Counted from the stretch's first letter, positions 1-10,467 are shown. The stretch: DNA of 32,000 nt from Promethearchaeia archaeon (GCA_046497275.1 JAWOFX010000033.1:1-32000), one strand, 5' to 3'. Made by a program: numbers and translations. Notes: a model not told the origin generated them from the sequence alone.

Positions 1-56
1 ATCGATTTTTTCATTAGTCCCGAGAAGATTATATTGGAATCTATAATCAACTTCAT
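1..56 (-). CDS. PIN-domain (VapC-like) toxin, 5' fragment running off the window edge
   Basis: Not in the ORF track. The reverse strand from ATG at 56 reads MKLIIDSNIIFSGLMKKS, a PIN N-terminal pattern (hhhDSNhhhS). Its ATG overlaps the upstream gene's TGA (ATGA, 53-56). Confidence 0.7.
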   Translation of the reverse strand, partial: MKLIIDSNIIFSGLMKKS

Positions 57-295
57 TTTTTCAAAGTTTCCAAGTAATATTTATGCCTTTGCCACATTTT
101 TTCCTTTACTTGATCCCCGAATTTGTCTGCCTCTTCGAATGTGAAATTACTTTTTTCTGCTAATTTATCTGCAACCTCTAGTTTCTCAAGATAGTTTTCA
201 ATAGCACCTTGAGCTACCATATCCCAATTAATTTCAGGATATTTTTTCATTTTTTCCAATATATCTTGTGAAAGGGAAAATCTTATATCAGTCAT
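53..295 (-). CDS. Ribbon-helix-helix-type antitoxin (VapB-like), 80 aa
   Basis: Start moved to MTDIRFSLSQDILEKMKKYPEINWDMVAQGAIENYL (ATG at 295), an archaeal RHH antitoxin pattern. Translationally coupled to the PIN ORF. Confidence 0.7.
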   Translation of the reverse strand: MTDIRFSLSQDILEKMKKYPEINWDMVAQGAIENYLEKLEVADKLAEKSNFTFEEADKFGDQVKEKMWQRHKYYLETLKK

Positions 296-748
296 ATTAG
301 GTCTATAAATTTTATGGTAAATAAAATTTATATTTTTTCGCATTAATTCTATTTTCTTAAAATTAATAGTTTTCGATTATTCTTTTTAATTAAAAATGTG
401 GATTTTCAAAATAAATAATCCGCTTTATCGCTCAAAAAAGTTCATATAAATATTACTTTTATTAATATTTGGCTATATTGTAAGCACAGTATTTTTATTT
501 GTTTCTCTAATCTTTCGATTATATTATAAAAAAGAATTTATTATTGATAACCTATTTTAATACTCCGATTATCTTAAAAGAGAAACACGACTCACAAACA
601 TTATAAAAAAAATCTTTAAGAATATATTTTGATTTGATGGTATAGACTTACATAATTTAATCAGATTTTGCGTTAGGTTAATGGACCCTAGAAAAAATTG
701 TTAAATTGATTTAAATTTTTTCTACTTAGGCTTTTTATATCTATACCT

Positions 749-1615
749 TTAATCCTCAGAGAATTCATATTGGTGGAAATCAATTATTGGTTTATATCCA
801 ATTTTCATGTAAATACTATTTGAAGTTGGATTCGCCAAATCCGTGAAAAGAAAACAAAATTTATTATTTTCCTCCTCCAGTAAATGTTTACTTAATTTTG
901 CCACGCATTCAGTAGCATAACCTTTTCTTCGCAAATGAGGAGGGGTATATACATAATTGATCAGTCTTCCGTTTGGAGTTTTTCCTGCTTTACGTGCCAT
1001 ACAGACGGGCTTCTCATCATGGAATAATAAATAAAATTTCTTATTGGGAATCTCATCTCGAATAATATTAATGTGATTATTTATGATATCTTGATTTTTT
1101 TCTTCATGAAAAGCCTCGTATAGGAAATTTTTAGCCCAATCAATAATTACATCTTTATGAATTTCTTTCGCAAGCATGAATGTATTGTTACCTAATGTGT
1201 TCTCATTTACAGAGGTTAATTTATAGTTTCTTTCATCCATTACTAGAGTCGATTGTATATTTTTGTGTTCTATCCATAAATTAGCGAATAGATCCGCTCC
1301 CTTTTTGAAACCCAATATTCCTGGTAATACAATATTTCGTTTTGTTAATTGTTTTACAAGAAATTTTATTGTGTCGAGATTTTGACTATATGAGATCACT
1401 AAATTGTATGGAGGGGTTCTGAGAAACACCATTCTAACTTGATTTTTCTGTAATATCGCACCTAATAGTGGTTTTTCTTTTCCATATTTATAAAAATCCT
1501 CCTTCAGTGAATTGAGGATTGAAAATAAAAGAATATTCTCAGTTTCATTCTTAATCAAAAAGGGATACACGAGGTAATAAAACTCCTCAATATCATCAAA
1601 TAATTTGAATTTCAT
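749..1615 (-). CDS. GNAT family N-acetyltransferase (C-terminal GNAT domain)
   Basis: Acetyl-CoA motif VYTPPHLRRKGYA and NPTSNSIYMKIGY. Confidence 0.85.
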   Translation of the reverse strand: MKFKLFDDIEEFYYLVYPFLIKNETENILLFSILNSLKEDFYKYGKEKPLLGAILQKNQVRMVFLRTPPYNLVISYSQNLDTIKFLVKQLTKRNIVLPGILGFKKGADLFANLWIEHKNIQSTLVMDERNYKLTSVNENTLGNNTFMLAKEIHKDVIIDWAKNFLYEAFHEEKNQDIINNHINIIRDEIPNKKFYLLFHDEKPVCMARKAGKTPNGRLINYVYTPPHLRRKGYATECVAKLSKHLLEEENNKFCFLFTDLANPTSNSIYMKIGYKPIIDFHQYEFSED

Positions 1616-1658
1616 AACAAACTTAGTATAACTTATTATTGTTATTATTATTATTTAA

Positions 1659-2243
1659 TTATTTGAACTTTTTACGTCCGAGTAGCGACCATCTTGTCTT
1701 TTCTTTCGGGGCCAGAGCCCCTCCTTTTACAGACTGTACACTCTGAACAGACACAAAAGCATTAGGATGTAATTTTTTAATCATTTCATAAACTTCATTT
1801 AAATCTTTTCGTTTGATAACCATTACAACGAGTTTTACATTTCCCTTCATACCTTCTGCGGTTAATGTGGTTAATCCATAACCTTGTGATTTTAATTCTT
1901 TAATTAATGGCCCGGGATTTTCCTTAAGAATTAAATATACACTTAGTAAACCAAGCGATAATTTTTGTTCAATGATTAGCCCTACATAATTTCCGGTCGC
2001 AAAACCACCAGCATAAGCTATATAATATATGGGATTTGTTAAGTTATTAAAAATTTGTCCCATAGCTATAAGCCAAATTGTTACTTCAAAAAACCCCGCT
2101 AAAGGAGCCAATTTTCGGTTTCCTTGAGAAATAAAAATAATTCTCATAGTTCCAATACTTACATCTCCAACACGCGCTAAAAAAATGAGAATAGGAAGAA
2201 TAATTAATGAAAAAATTTCTAATTCCATATTTTTTTTAACCAA
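1659..2243 (-). CDS. DUF5698/DUF2179 (UPF0316-like) membrane protein
   Basis: N-terminal TM helices with RVGDVSIGTMRII, GFFEVTIW and YAGGFATGNYVG, then a PII-like C-terminal domain (GYGLTTLTAEG...PNAFV). Confidence 0.8.
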   Translation of the reverse strand: MVKKNMELEIFSLIILPILIFLARVGDVSIGTMRIIFISQGNRKLAPLAGFFEVTIWLIAMGQIFNNLTNPIYYIAYAGGFATGNYVGLIIEQKLSLGLLSVYLILKENPGPLIKELKSQGYGLTTLTAEGMKGNVKLVVMVIKRKDLNEVYEMIKKLHPNAFVSVQSVQSVKGGALAPKEKTRWSLLGRKKFK

Positions 2244-2370
2244 TAAAGAAAGTAATTTAGAATAAGAATCTATTATAATTAATTAGTTTTCATTATTTAG
2301 TTTGAAAAATCTTGTCTTTATTTTAAGAAATAAATTTTATTAAAGATATTATATTGAGGGACGTAAGTTT

Positions 2371-2952
2371 TTAACTGTTCCCAACTTTCAAATCTTTAAT
2401 TTTTTGATGAATAAACTTCCAATTTTTTACTCTAATAATATTTTCTCCATCATTCACTTGTCTATTCCATGGTTGATCATATAGAAAAAGGATAGAATTG
2501 TTTTGCTCTCTAATGGCTGCGGCTAAGTGGGGGCTATCATCAATATAAATATCATAATCTAATCTAAGTTTAATATCATAAGGTTTATCATCTACTAAAA
2601 TGAGGCTTTCATAATGAGTTCCTTTTTTAATCCCATGACTTTTAAGTTTTTTCTTAAGCTGTTTTTTGAACTTACTAGTGCGTGCTGAAACAATATCGAT
2701 ATGATTAGTTTTATTTAACTCTTGCAATACATTTAATGCATCTTTATCAATAAAAGGTACTTCTGAAGTCTTTTCATAAATTCTATGAAAAATCTCAAAA
2801 GCTTTGCTTTCATCTATTTCCCATGCTTCGAAAAAATCCCAGCGAATGACATCTCGTTTCTTATAATTTGTCTGATAAAGCTCATTATATACTTCACAAT
2901 ATGTGATCATTAAATCGAGTAATACTCCGTCTACATCAACTGCAATTCTCAT
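2371..2952 (-). CDS. HAD-superfamily 5'(3')-deoxyribonucleotidase-like phosphatase (NT5C-like)
   Basis: Motif I IAVDVDGVL, motif II IVSAR, motif IV IYIDDSP, and DQPWN. Confidence 0.8.
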   Translation of the reverse strand: MRIAVDVDGVLLDLMITYCEVYNELYQTNYKKRDVIRWDFFEAWEIDESKAFEIFHRIYEKTSEVPFIDKDALNVLQELNKTNHIDIVSARTSKFKKQLKKKLKSHGIKKGTHYESLILVDDKPYDIKLRLDYDIYIDDSPHLAAAIREQNNSILFLYDQPWNRQVNDGENIIRVKNWKFIHQKIKDLKVGNS

Positions 2953-3207
2953 GATCTAGATGTGATTTAGCTGTAAATATTATAAACTTAATGCTTAAAA
3001 ATATTTAAAAAACTAATATTATTAAATCATTGTTAAAACTGTTAAGTCATTAATTTTTATTAAATATATTTCCTTTCTAAACTAAAATATCTCTTAAACA
3101 AATTTCTACTAATTAATTAGGATATTTACAAAAATTGTTGAACCCTTAATATTTAAAATTATAATTATGTTTAAATTCTAAAAGTAGTAGAAATATCAAA
3201 TAGAATC

Positions 3208-4338
3208 ATGCAACTAAAGCAAAAAAAGTCACCGTTGAAAAAATGTGTTGATTTTCTCAAGAATTCTAAATTAAAATTTTCAAAGGATGAAAAAGCTTAT
3301 CCGATTAGAGATCAAATAAAGGGTTATGAAATAATTGAAGACAGTTTTCATCCAATTCCCTCTTTGCATAAGGATAAAAAAAAGATGGGTTTTGTTGATG
3401 GAGGGAGTTCTTCCCTCATTACAAGCTCAGATTTAGATATAAGTTTTAATAGAGTAGCAGGTTGCTTATTCAAAGGACAGAAACCACTTGAATTAAATAA
3501 TATACCCACTCTAATCGAATATTATACCGCAACTATTATTGATGTCCAAGAGGATGGAAAACTAAAATTTATAATAAAATCATTTCCGCGTGAAGAAGAA
3601 CATAGAGAATTTATCCCTGATGAATTAACATTCTTTATTAATGATGAAAGCATCAGAGAACAGTTTGGATATCTTCCTAAAATAGAGCAAATGGGGGGGA
3701 TTGTAATGAGATTTAGCGAATGGATATATGGTAAACATCTAATCGAAAATGAACTTGACAGTGAGGATATTTTTATTCGTGACGGGTCTTTACAAACCGG
3801 ATATACCAATGAAATTAAAGAGGCAGAAAAATTATTCTCAATTGGATCCAAAAAAAATGTATATATTACTGGATTATCAAAATCATGTAGATTAATTACA
3901 GATAAAGGAAATTCATTAATCTCAGTGGTAAATGCGCTAGGCAATAATAAAATTTCAGATTCACCTTGGTATTTTTACCCTAGTTTTCGAATCACAAGAG
4001 CTGATAATCAAGCTGATGTATATTTTGTTAAACTTCATAAACACGCCACTCATTCTTTTCGATTTGACATTTTCCTTGAACAATCTCAAGTGTTGAAAGA
4101 ACAAGATAGAGAGATAATTATCTCAAACATCGCATATAATTCGACTGATTTATCATTCCCGGGTTATCCCTATGGATTAATCAAAGCGGATCAATTAGCG
4201 AGAATATCTATGAGAGAATTAGATTCGCAGAAGATAGCATTATTATCTGAATTTGATCAAGACATATATAAAACATTTATTATACCTCGTTTGCGCTCTA
4301 TGGATGCGCACGATATTATCAATAAGATTAGAAAATAA
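3208..4338 (+). CDS. nurA: NurA 5'-3' nuclease
   Basis: FVDGGS and FIRDGSL acidic motifs, GLSKS, and C-terminal [15 protein letters not shown]; adjacent to herA/mre11/rad50. Confidence 0.85.
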   Translation: MQLKQKKSPLKKCVDFLKNSKLKFSKDEKAYPIRDQIKGYEIIEDSFHPIPSLHKDKKKMGFVDGGSSSLITSSDLDISFNRVAGCLFKGQKPLELNNIPTLIEYYTATIIDVQEDGKLKFIIKSFPREEEHREFIPDELTFFINDESIREQFGYLPKIEQMGGIVMRFSEWIYGKHLIENELDSEDIFIRDGSLQTGYTNEIKEAEKLFSIGSKKNVYITGLSKSCRLITDKGNSLISVVNALGNNKISDSPWYFYPSFRITRADNQADVYFVKLHKHATHSFRFDIFLEQSQVLKEQDREIIISNIAYNSTDLSFPGYPYGLIKADQLARISMRELDSQKIALLSEFDQDIYKTFIIPRLRSMDAHDIINKIRK

Positions 4339-4381
4339 AAATTTCAAAAAAAAAATAAAAAATAGTATAATTAAATTAAAA

Positions 4382-5929
4382 ATGACACATTTAGGAGATA
4401 AGATAGGAAGTTTTGTAGCAGGCTCTTTAAATAGACTTGTTGTAAGAAAAAAATCTGACCAATTATTTGAATTGGGTCAATTGTTTGTGGCAGGAAGTAG
4501 TTTTGATGACTATTCAATATATCAGATCAAGGATTTAATATATGGAAGTCAGATACCCGAAAACTCACTTGAATTAATGGCAGGGTATAATCTTGAAAGA
4601 GAGGCCACGGATCTTAGGGTTTATGAACCTGAATTGAGAAATTATGAGCTAGGAATCGTTAAACCCCTCACAAATGTAAAAAATAAAAATCTATTTCTAC
4701 CTAAAAAACTCCCTACATTTTTTGCAGAAATCTTTGATATTGAAGATGATCATTTAGATTTTTTTGAAAAACCAGAAAATCCAATCACATTCGGAAAAAT
4801 TAGGTCTGGTTCAAAAGTTTTGAATACTGAAGTCAAACTTGAAGGACCTAAAGTTTTAAGACATCATATTTTAATACCCGCAACCACGGGCAGAGGAAAA
4901 TCAAATTTAGTGAAAGTTATTCTTTATAATTTAATCGAAAATCATAAATGCGGTAAATTGGTCTTTGATCCTCATAATGAATATTATGGAACTGCCAAAG
5001 TTAAAGGATTGAAAGAACATCCAAATAGTAGTAAGTATCTTGATTTTTACACTATAAGAGATATACCTGGAAAATTGGATTTAAGATTTAACGTTAATCT
5101 TTTAAATCCATGGCATATAATGGGAACTTTGGATATAACCACACCTCAAAGTGACGCTTTAATATTATATTATCGACAATATGGGGATGAATGGATTCAA
5201 AGTATATTCAATGACTCTCTTGGAACACCTGAAGGCGTTGGTGAGGTGACACAATCTGTCTTGAGAAGAAAACTAGCAGTTTTATTAGATTTTGGTTTTG
5301 ATACTGAAGAAAATATCATTGAAAATGGTATTTATAAATTAGATGGGTATGAATCTACGGTGGAAAACATTATTACATCTTTATTAGAAGGAAAGACAGT
5401 AATCATTGACACTTCACTTTTTAGTGGCAAAGAGGAGATCTTCATTGCTACAATAATTACAGAAAATTTATTTAAAAGATACAAAAGTTTAAAATTCCGG
5501 GACGAACTAGAAGATAAACCCGTTATAACAATAATTTTAGAAGAAGCACCACGAGTCATCGGAAAGAAGGTATTAGAAGTTAGAGATAACATATTTGGCC
5601 AAATCGCTCGTGAAGGCAGAAAATTTAAAATCGGGCTTATTGGAATAACACAATTACCGAGTCTTATCCCTCGGGAAATTTTAGCTAATATGAATACAAA
5701 AATTATCCTTGGAAATGAAATGGGTCCAGAAAGAAACATTTTGATAGAGAGTTCTGCTCAAGATTTATCTGATGATAGCCAAACTATTGCAAGCTTAGAT
5801 ATAGGAGAGGCAATAATCACCTCACATTTAACTAAGTTTGCGATTCCTATAAAGATTCCATTATTTGAAGATCTGATCCAAGGTAAGAAAAAAAGTTCAA
5901 AAATCAAAGAAAGTAGTCCAGGATTTTAA
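4382..5929 (+). CDS. herA: HerA helicase/ATPase (515 aa from ATG 4382)
   Basis: N-terminal HAS-barrel-like region, Walker [16 protein letters not shown], Walker B ILEEAP, and IAREGRKF. The track's 4253 start overlaps nurA by 86 nt and adds a low-complexity extension. Confidence 0.9.
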   Translation: MTHLGDKIGSFVAGSLNRLVVRKKSDQLFELGQLFVAGSSFDDYSIYQIKDLIYGSQIPENSLELMAGYNLEREATDLRVYEPELRNYELGIVKPLTNVKNKNLFLPKKLPTFFAEIFDIEDDHLDFFEKPENPITFGKIRSGSKVLNTEVKLEGPKVLRHHILIPATTGRGKSNLVKVILYNLIENHKCGKLVFDPHNEYYGTAKVKGLKEHPNSSKYLDFYTIRDIPGKLDLRFNVNLLNPWHIMGTLDITTPQSDALILYYRQYGDEWIQSIFNDSLGTPEGVGEVTQSVLRRKLAVLLDFGFDTEENIIENGIYKLDGYESTVENIITSLLEGKTVIIDTSLFSGKEEIFIATIITENLFKRYKSLKFRDELEDKPVITIILEEAPRVIGKKVLEVRDNIFGQIAREGRKFKIGLIGITQLPSLIPREILANMNTKIILGNEMGPERNILIESSAQDLSDDSQTIASLDIGEAIITSHLTKFAIPIKIPLFEDLIQGKKKSSKIKESSPGF

Positions 5930-5937
5930 GATAATCA

Positions 5938-6261
5938 ATGAATATTAAAATTATAGAAAAGGAAATCGAAAAAAACTCTTCGAAATTAAAGCAATTGACA
6001 GAATTAAAGGAATTAATTCTTAGAGGTGCAAATGGTTTCGATGTATTATTTGAGATTGAGAAGAATTACCAATTAACATATATTTTCGATAAGGTTGATA
6101 AATCAATCTTAAAGGAAATTGGAGAACACGAAATTCTTAATGAAGATGTGAAATCACTTGGAAATGAGATTCTCATAACTTTAAATTCTCAGATATATAA
6201 TTTAGAACAAAATATACAATATTTAAATTACAAATTGAAAAGGGTTTCTAATTTAAAATAG
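5938..6261 (+). CDS. Hypothetical helical protein (107 aa) inside the herA-mre11 operon
   Basis: ATG 8 nt after the herA stop and 30 nt before mre11. Heptad-like helices at both ends; no recognised motif. Confidence 0.6.
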   Translation: MNIKIIEKEIEKNSSKLKQLTELKELILRGANGFDVLFEIEKNYQLTYIFDKVDKSILKEIGEHEILNEDVKSLGNEILITLNSQIYNLEQNIQYLNYKLKRVSNLK

Positions 6262-6291
6262 GAAGAAATATTCTAAAATATAAGATATAGA

Positions 6292-7593
6292 ATGAAGTTA
6301 AAATTTGCACATATTTCCGACTGTCATCTCGGGGCGTGGCGAAATGACCAATTAAATTATCTAGGCTATGAAGCTTTTGAAAAGGCAATTCAGAAATCTA
6401 TAGAAGAGAGAGTTAATTTTGTAATTATTAGTGGAGATTTGTATGATGTGAGTAATCCAAAAGTAGAAGTTATTGATTTTGCGACTAAAAATTTGTATAA
6501 ATTAAAGGAGGAAGGTATTCCCGTATATGGTATCATGGGCTCTCATGATTTTAGTCCTTCAGATAAAAGCATGATTCGCCCTTTAATTTCTGCAAAACTA
6601 TTTATAAATGTGTCTCAAGGTGAAAAATCAGATGATAATAAACTGAATTTATTTTTCACGGAAGATGAACAAACCGGAATTAAGCTAACAGGTATTAGAG
6701 CGAGGAAAAGAAGCCTAGAAAGGGATGATTTTGAAAAATTAAATCGATTAGCATTAGAAAAAGAAAAATCTCCAAAAATTTTTGTGTTTCATACCATGTT
6801 AAGCGAGCTAAAACCCAAGGAATATAAAGATATGATAGATACACCATCCTCATATTTACCTAAAAACTTTATTTATTATGCTGGTGGCCACATCCACAAG
6901 ACTTTACCAGAAAAATTGCGTGAAAAAAAACAAATACAACTTGGGGAAAATAAAGTAGTATATCCTGGTTGTTTATCGCCAGTTAATTTCAAAGAGCTTG
7001 AAGAGTTTAATTTTGGAGGTTTTTGTATTGTTTCGGGGAACATTAACGATGAAGATGAAAAATCTGATTTGATTGTAGAATATATACCTATTAAAACGAA
7101 TGATGTGATTAGCCTCACATTTAATTGTGATAATAAATCAGTCCCCCAAGTAAAGAATATTACAAAAAAGAAATTGGATGATTTAGATATCCAAAATAAA
7201 ATAATTACATTGCGCTTCGAAGGTGAATTATCCTCTGGAAAATCCTATGAAATTAATTCAGGTGAAATTATTCAAAGCTTGAAAAAAAGAGGAGCCTATG
7301 AAGTATTAATTAATAAAAATACGTTGAAATCTAAGGAATATTTGCCGATTAGAGTCCAAGTAGGAAAAACAAATGAAGAAATCGAAAATATACTAATTCA
7401 CGAACACTCTCAAAAAATAAAAATTAAAAGCCTTTCATCAGATCTTATAGAAAATAAAATTCATAAAGTTTTAGAAATTCTGGGAAAAGAAAGAGCTGAA
7501 GGTGCTAAAGTAATGGAGTATGAAAATGAATTAATACAGAATTTTGAGGACATATTTGATATTAATAACGAAGAAGAAGGTGTTCAGATCTGA
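6292..7593 (+). CDS. mre11: Mre11 nuclease
   Basis: Phosphoesterase motifs SDCHLG, SGDLYD, GSHD, FHT, GGHIH and YPGC; directly upstream of rad50. Confidence 0.95.
   Translation: MKLKFAHISDCHLGAWRNDQLNYLGYEAFEKAIQKSIEERVNFVIISGDLYDVSNPKVEVIDFATKNLYKLKEEGIPVYGIMGSHDFSPSDKSMIRPLISAKLFINVSQGEKSDDNKLNLFFTEDEQTGIKLTGIRARKRSLERDDFEKLNRLALEKEKSPKIFVFHTMLSELKPKEYKDMIDTPSSYLPKNFIYYAGGHIHKTLPEKLREKKQIQLGENKVVYPGCLSPVNFKELEEFNFGGFCIVSGNINDEDEKSDLIVEYIPIKTNDVISLTFNCDNKSVPQVKNITKKKLDDLDIQNKIITLRFEGELSSGKSYEINSGEIIQSLKKRGAYEVLINKNTLKSKEYLPIRVQVGKTNEEIENILIHEHSQKIKIKSLSSDLIENKIHKVLEILGKERAEGAKVMEYENELIQNFEDIFDINNEEEGVQI
7576..7582 (+). promoter_or_regulatory. Putative Shine-Dalgarno (GAAGGTG) for the CTG start of rad50
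   Basis: Lies 7 nt before CTG 7590, the same spacing as GAGGT before spt4. Confidence 0.5.
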
Positions 7594-9686
7594 TAATAAA
7601 TTCGATAAAAATACGAGATATTAGAAGTATAAAAAAATTAGACTTAGAATTCCCCTCATCAAGCATTCTCTTTTTTGGAGATATTGGAAGTGGTAAATCT
7701 TCCGTTCTTAAGGCAATAGAATTTGCATTATTTGGAATTTTAAATGCGGCGGATTTAAGCGGGACCTCACTTCTCAGAAGAGGAGAAAAAACAGGAAAAG
7801 TGGAATTGACTTTTTCAGTAAATGGAAAATCCTATACAATTGGTAGAAGTCTGAAAAAAAGAGTAGAGAGAAAAAATAGCGAAAAAAAAATATATGTATT
7901 TCAAGAAGATGGTTTCTTCATTGAGGATGGAAAAGAAACGCAATACTCTCCTAATGATTTAAGGAGAAAGGTACTCGAAATTCTTAATTATTCAATTACA
8001 CGATATGAGAATGCACGTAAGATCCCTCTTTTCCGATATACTGTATACACTCCACAAGAAGAGATTAAGGAGATATTAAAGGCTGATCCTGAAGAAAGAT
8101 TCGAAATATTAAAAGAAGTTTTTGATATAGAAAAATATGAAATCGCTCTTAAAAATGTTGATGTAATAAGAGGATTCTTACGTGATAAAATAAAAGAAAT
8201 AGAAATTGTCATAAAACAAATAGGAGAACCATCAAAAGAAATTCCAGAAACTAAGAAAAAAATATCGGAACATACAGATAAAATAAACAAAATAAAAAAT
8301 CAAATCAAGATAAAAAATAAGGAAATATTATCTGAAGAGGAAAAGTTAGATGAATTACAAAAAGAACTCAGTAACTACTCCAATAAGTTAGTGGAAATTG
8401 ATAATAAAGAAAATTTAATAAAAGAAACCACTAATAATCTTAATAAAAACGAAAATTCTCTAAAAAGTTTGAGATCCGAAATTAAAAATTTAGAAAATAA
8501 ATTGCGTGAGTTACCAGAAATCGAAAAAACAATTGAAAAGACTGAAAATGATTTTAAAGAGGAAATCAAATCCAAAAGACATATTATCTCTAAAAAAGAA
8601 AAAAAAGAAGCCGTAATTCGGGATAAAATCAATAATATTAAATCCTTGTTGAAAGATGGAAAATGCTCATTATGCGGTCAAGAAATTCATGAAAAAGAAC
8701 GATTCGAAAATGAATTAAAAAGTCATAATGATACATTGAAACAATATAATGATGATTTAAGCAATTTGAAAAATGATATTAATACACTCGAAGAAGATCT
8801 CAGAATAAAAACAGCGAATGATAAATTAATTGACAAAAAGACCTCTCTTTCAGATTTAATTGAAGAAAAGGGTAAAAGAGAAAAAGATCTCACAGAATTA
8901 ATAGACGAACAAAAGAAAAAGATTAAGCAAAACAGAGAAGATATAAGAGATATAATAAATAAATATGAGATCCAAAATCTAGATGATTTTAGAGAGTATA
9001 AAGTAAAAATTACTGAAAAATTGCAAAAACAGAAAAACATAGTTAAGCAAAAAGACGATGAGAAGATACAAATAGAAAAAGCTCTAACTGCCGAAGAAAA
9101 AGTATTAGAGCAAAACAGAGAAGAACTAAAAAAACTGGAACAAGATTTAAAACGGAAAGATTCATTAACCCAAAGATTAGAATATCTTAATGATTTATAT
9201 AGTTGGGTCTCTGATAAATTCCAAATATTACTCAGAGATATTGAACGAGAAATATTAGCATCGAGTGCTCACGAATTTAATGAATATTTCAAAGAATGGT
9301 TTAATATACTGGTTGAAAATGAAAGTATTGATATTGAAATACGACCAGATAATTTCGAGCCTTTAATAAATGTTAATGGCTATGAATCTCCATTTGAAGA
9401 TCTTTCCGGTGGAGAAAAAAGTGCTCTTTCTTTAGCATATAGGCTTGCGTTAAATAAAATTATAAATAGCCGCCATCAAGAAGTGAAGACTAAAAATTTA
9501 CTTATATTAGATGAACCTACTGACGGTTTTTCTCAGGAACAAATAAATAAAATGCAGGATGTTCTTGGTAACTTAGATACTGAACAAATGTTTATTATTT
9601 CTCATGATAGAAATTTGGATTCATTTGTTACTGATATTTTAAATTTCAAAAAAGAAAACCATAGAACTAAAGTTATTCAAGAATAA
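7590..9686 (+). CDS. rad50: Rad50 ATPase (698 aa, inferred CTG start)
   Basis: The frame is open from 7569. From CTG 7590 it reads (M)IINSIKIRDIRSIKKLDLEF...GDIGSGKSS (Walker A, missed by the track ORF starting at 7800). Also zinc hook CSLC near residue 359, signature LSGGE, Walker B LILDEPT and H-loop ISHD. Confidence 0.9.
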   Translation: MIINSIKIRDIRSIKKLDLEFPSSSILFFGDIGSGKSSVLKAIEFALFGILNAADLSGTSLLRRGEKTGKVELTFSVNGKSYTIGRSLKKRVERKNSEKKIYVFQEDGFFIEDGKETQYSPNDLRRKVLEILNYSITRYENARKIPLFRYTVYTPQEEIKEILKADPEERFEILKEVFDIEKYEIALKNVDVIRGFLRDKIKEIEIVIKQIGEPSKEIPETKKKISEHTDKINKIKNQIKIKNKEILSEEEKLDELQKELSNYSNKLVEIDNKENLIKETTNNLNKNENSLKSLRSEIKNLENKLRELPEIEKTIEKTENDFKEEIKSKRHIISKKEKKEAVIRDKINNIKSLLKDGKCSLCGQEIHEKERFENELKSHNDTLKQYNDDLSNLKNDINTLEEDLRIKTANDKLIDKKTSLSDLIEEKGKREKDLTELIDEQKKKIKQNREDIRDIINKYEIQNLDDFREYKVKITEKLQKQKNIVKQKDDEKIQIEKALTAEEKVLEQNREELKKLEQDLKRKDSLTQRLEYLNDLYSWVSDKFQILLRDIEREILASSAHEFNEYFKEWFNILVENESIDIEIRPDNFEPLINVNGYESPFEDLSGGEKSALSLAYRLALNKIINSRHQEVKTKNLLILDEPTDGFSQEQINKMQDVLGNLDTEQMFIISHDRNLDSFVTDILNFKKENHRTKVIQE

Positions 9687-9810
9687 ATTATTCTTTAATG
9701 ATCTTCTCATTTATACTGAAAAGATTTACTCACAAAAACCACAAAATATTAATTTTATAGTTCATTCTATGATTTAATTAAATTTTATCCTCTTTATCGG
9801 TGTTAGATAC

Positions 9811-10416
9811 TTGTTCAAATTAATTACTCTGGAGGCAAAAGTAGAAATCCCTCCATTTCTATTTAGTCAACCAAAAGAAATTAGTGCTCGATTAATTCTG
9901 AGTGAAGATTATGAAGGAATAATTACCAAACAGTATGGATTTATAATCGCTGTTGTTGATGTACTTTCAGTATCAACTGGACAAATTATCCCAGGTAATG
10001 CTAATACTTTTCATGAAGTTGAATTTACTATATTAAGCTTTCGTCCAACAGTGTCTGAAGTTGTAGAGGGAGAAGTCGTTGAAATTGTTGATTTTGGTGC
10101 TTTTATTCGATTGGGTCCTTTAGATGGTCTCGTTCATGTCTCGCAGGTTACGGACGACTATATTTCCTATGAACAAGTAGGAAATAGATTTATCGGAAAA
10201 GAAACTGGAAAAATTCTTGAAGTTGGAAATACTATAAGATCGAAAGTTATCGCAGTTTCTTTAGGTGGAGGTAGAAGTGGGAAATTAGGACTTTCAATGA
10301 GGTCACCATATCTTGGAAAAATTGAATGGATAGAAGAAGATATTGAAAATTATTTTTCAGAAAAGAAAACAGAAGAAGCAAAGAAAGAAATTAAGGAAGA
10401 AGAAATTGTACCTTGA
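9811..10416 (+). CDS. rpoE1: RNA polymerase subunit Rpo7 (RpoE'), TTG start
   Basis: S1 domain EGEVVEIVDFGAFIRLGPLDGLVHVSQV; LSMRSPYLGKIEWI; GGTG 8 nt upstream of the TTG. Confidence 0.95.
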   Translation: MFKLITLEAKVEIPPFLFSQPKEISARLILSEDYEGIITKQYGFIIAVVDVLSVSTGQIIPGNANTFHEVEFTILSFRPTVSEVVEGEVVEIVDFGAFIRLGPLDGLVHVSQVTDDYISYEQVGNRFIGKETGKILEVGNTIRSKVIAVSLGGGRSGKLGLSMRSPYLGKIEWIEEDIENYFSEKKTEEAKKEIKEEEIVP

Positions 10417-10455
10417 TTGAAAATCTCCTATATTATTAAAATAATTATTTTTAAT

Positions 10456-10460
10456 GAGGT
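10456..10460 (+). promoter_or_regulatory. Shine-Dalgarno GAGGT for spt4
   Basis: 7 nt upstream of ATG 10468. Confidence 0.55.
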
Positions 10461-10467
10461 TCATATT

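Noticed and set aside
344-748. 405-nt intergenic region checked for tRNA, CRISPR repeats, IS ends or sRNA
   Set aside because: Very AT-rich with no cloverleaf, regularly spaced repeats or GC-rich stems visible; a covariance-model search would be needed to exclude an sRNA.
4253-4381. N-terminal extension of HerA given by the track
   Set aside because: Overlaps the nurA 3' end and a poly-A intergenic stretch; ATG 4382 is the more plausible start.
3208-5929. nurA-herA as an antiphage HerA-effector defence system
   Set aside because: It is linked to mre11 and rad50 and to core genes, which is the housekeeping resection context.
7560-7600. Programmed -1 frameshift making an Mre11-Rad50 fusion
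   Set aside because: The frame offset would fit, but I see no X XXY YYZ slippery heptamer or downstream structure; CTG plus SD explains it more simply.
3522-9040. Minus-strand track ORFs 3522-3944, 5332-5739, 6876-7118, 7988-8290, 8375-8632 and 8723-9040
   Set aside because: Antisense shadows of nurA, herA, mre11 and rad50; they are S/F/L/I-rich as expected from reverse-read Lys/Glu codons and have no motifs.
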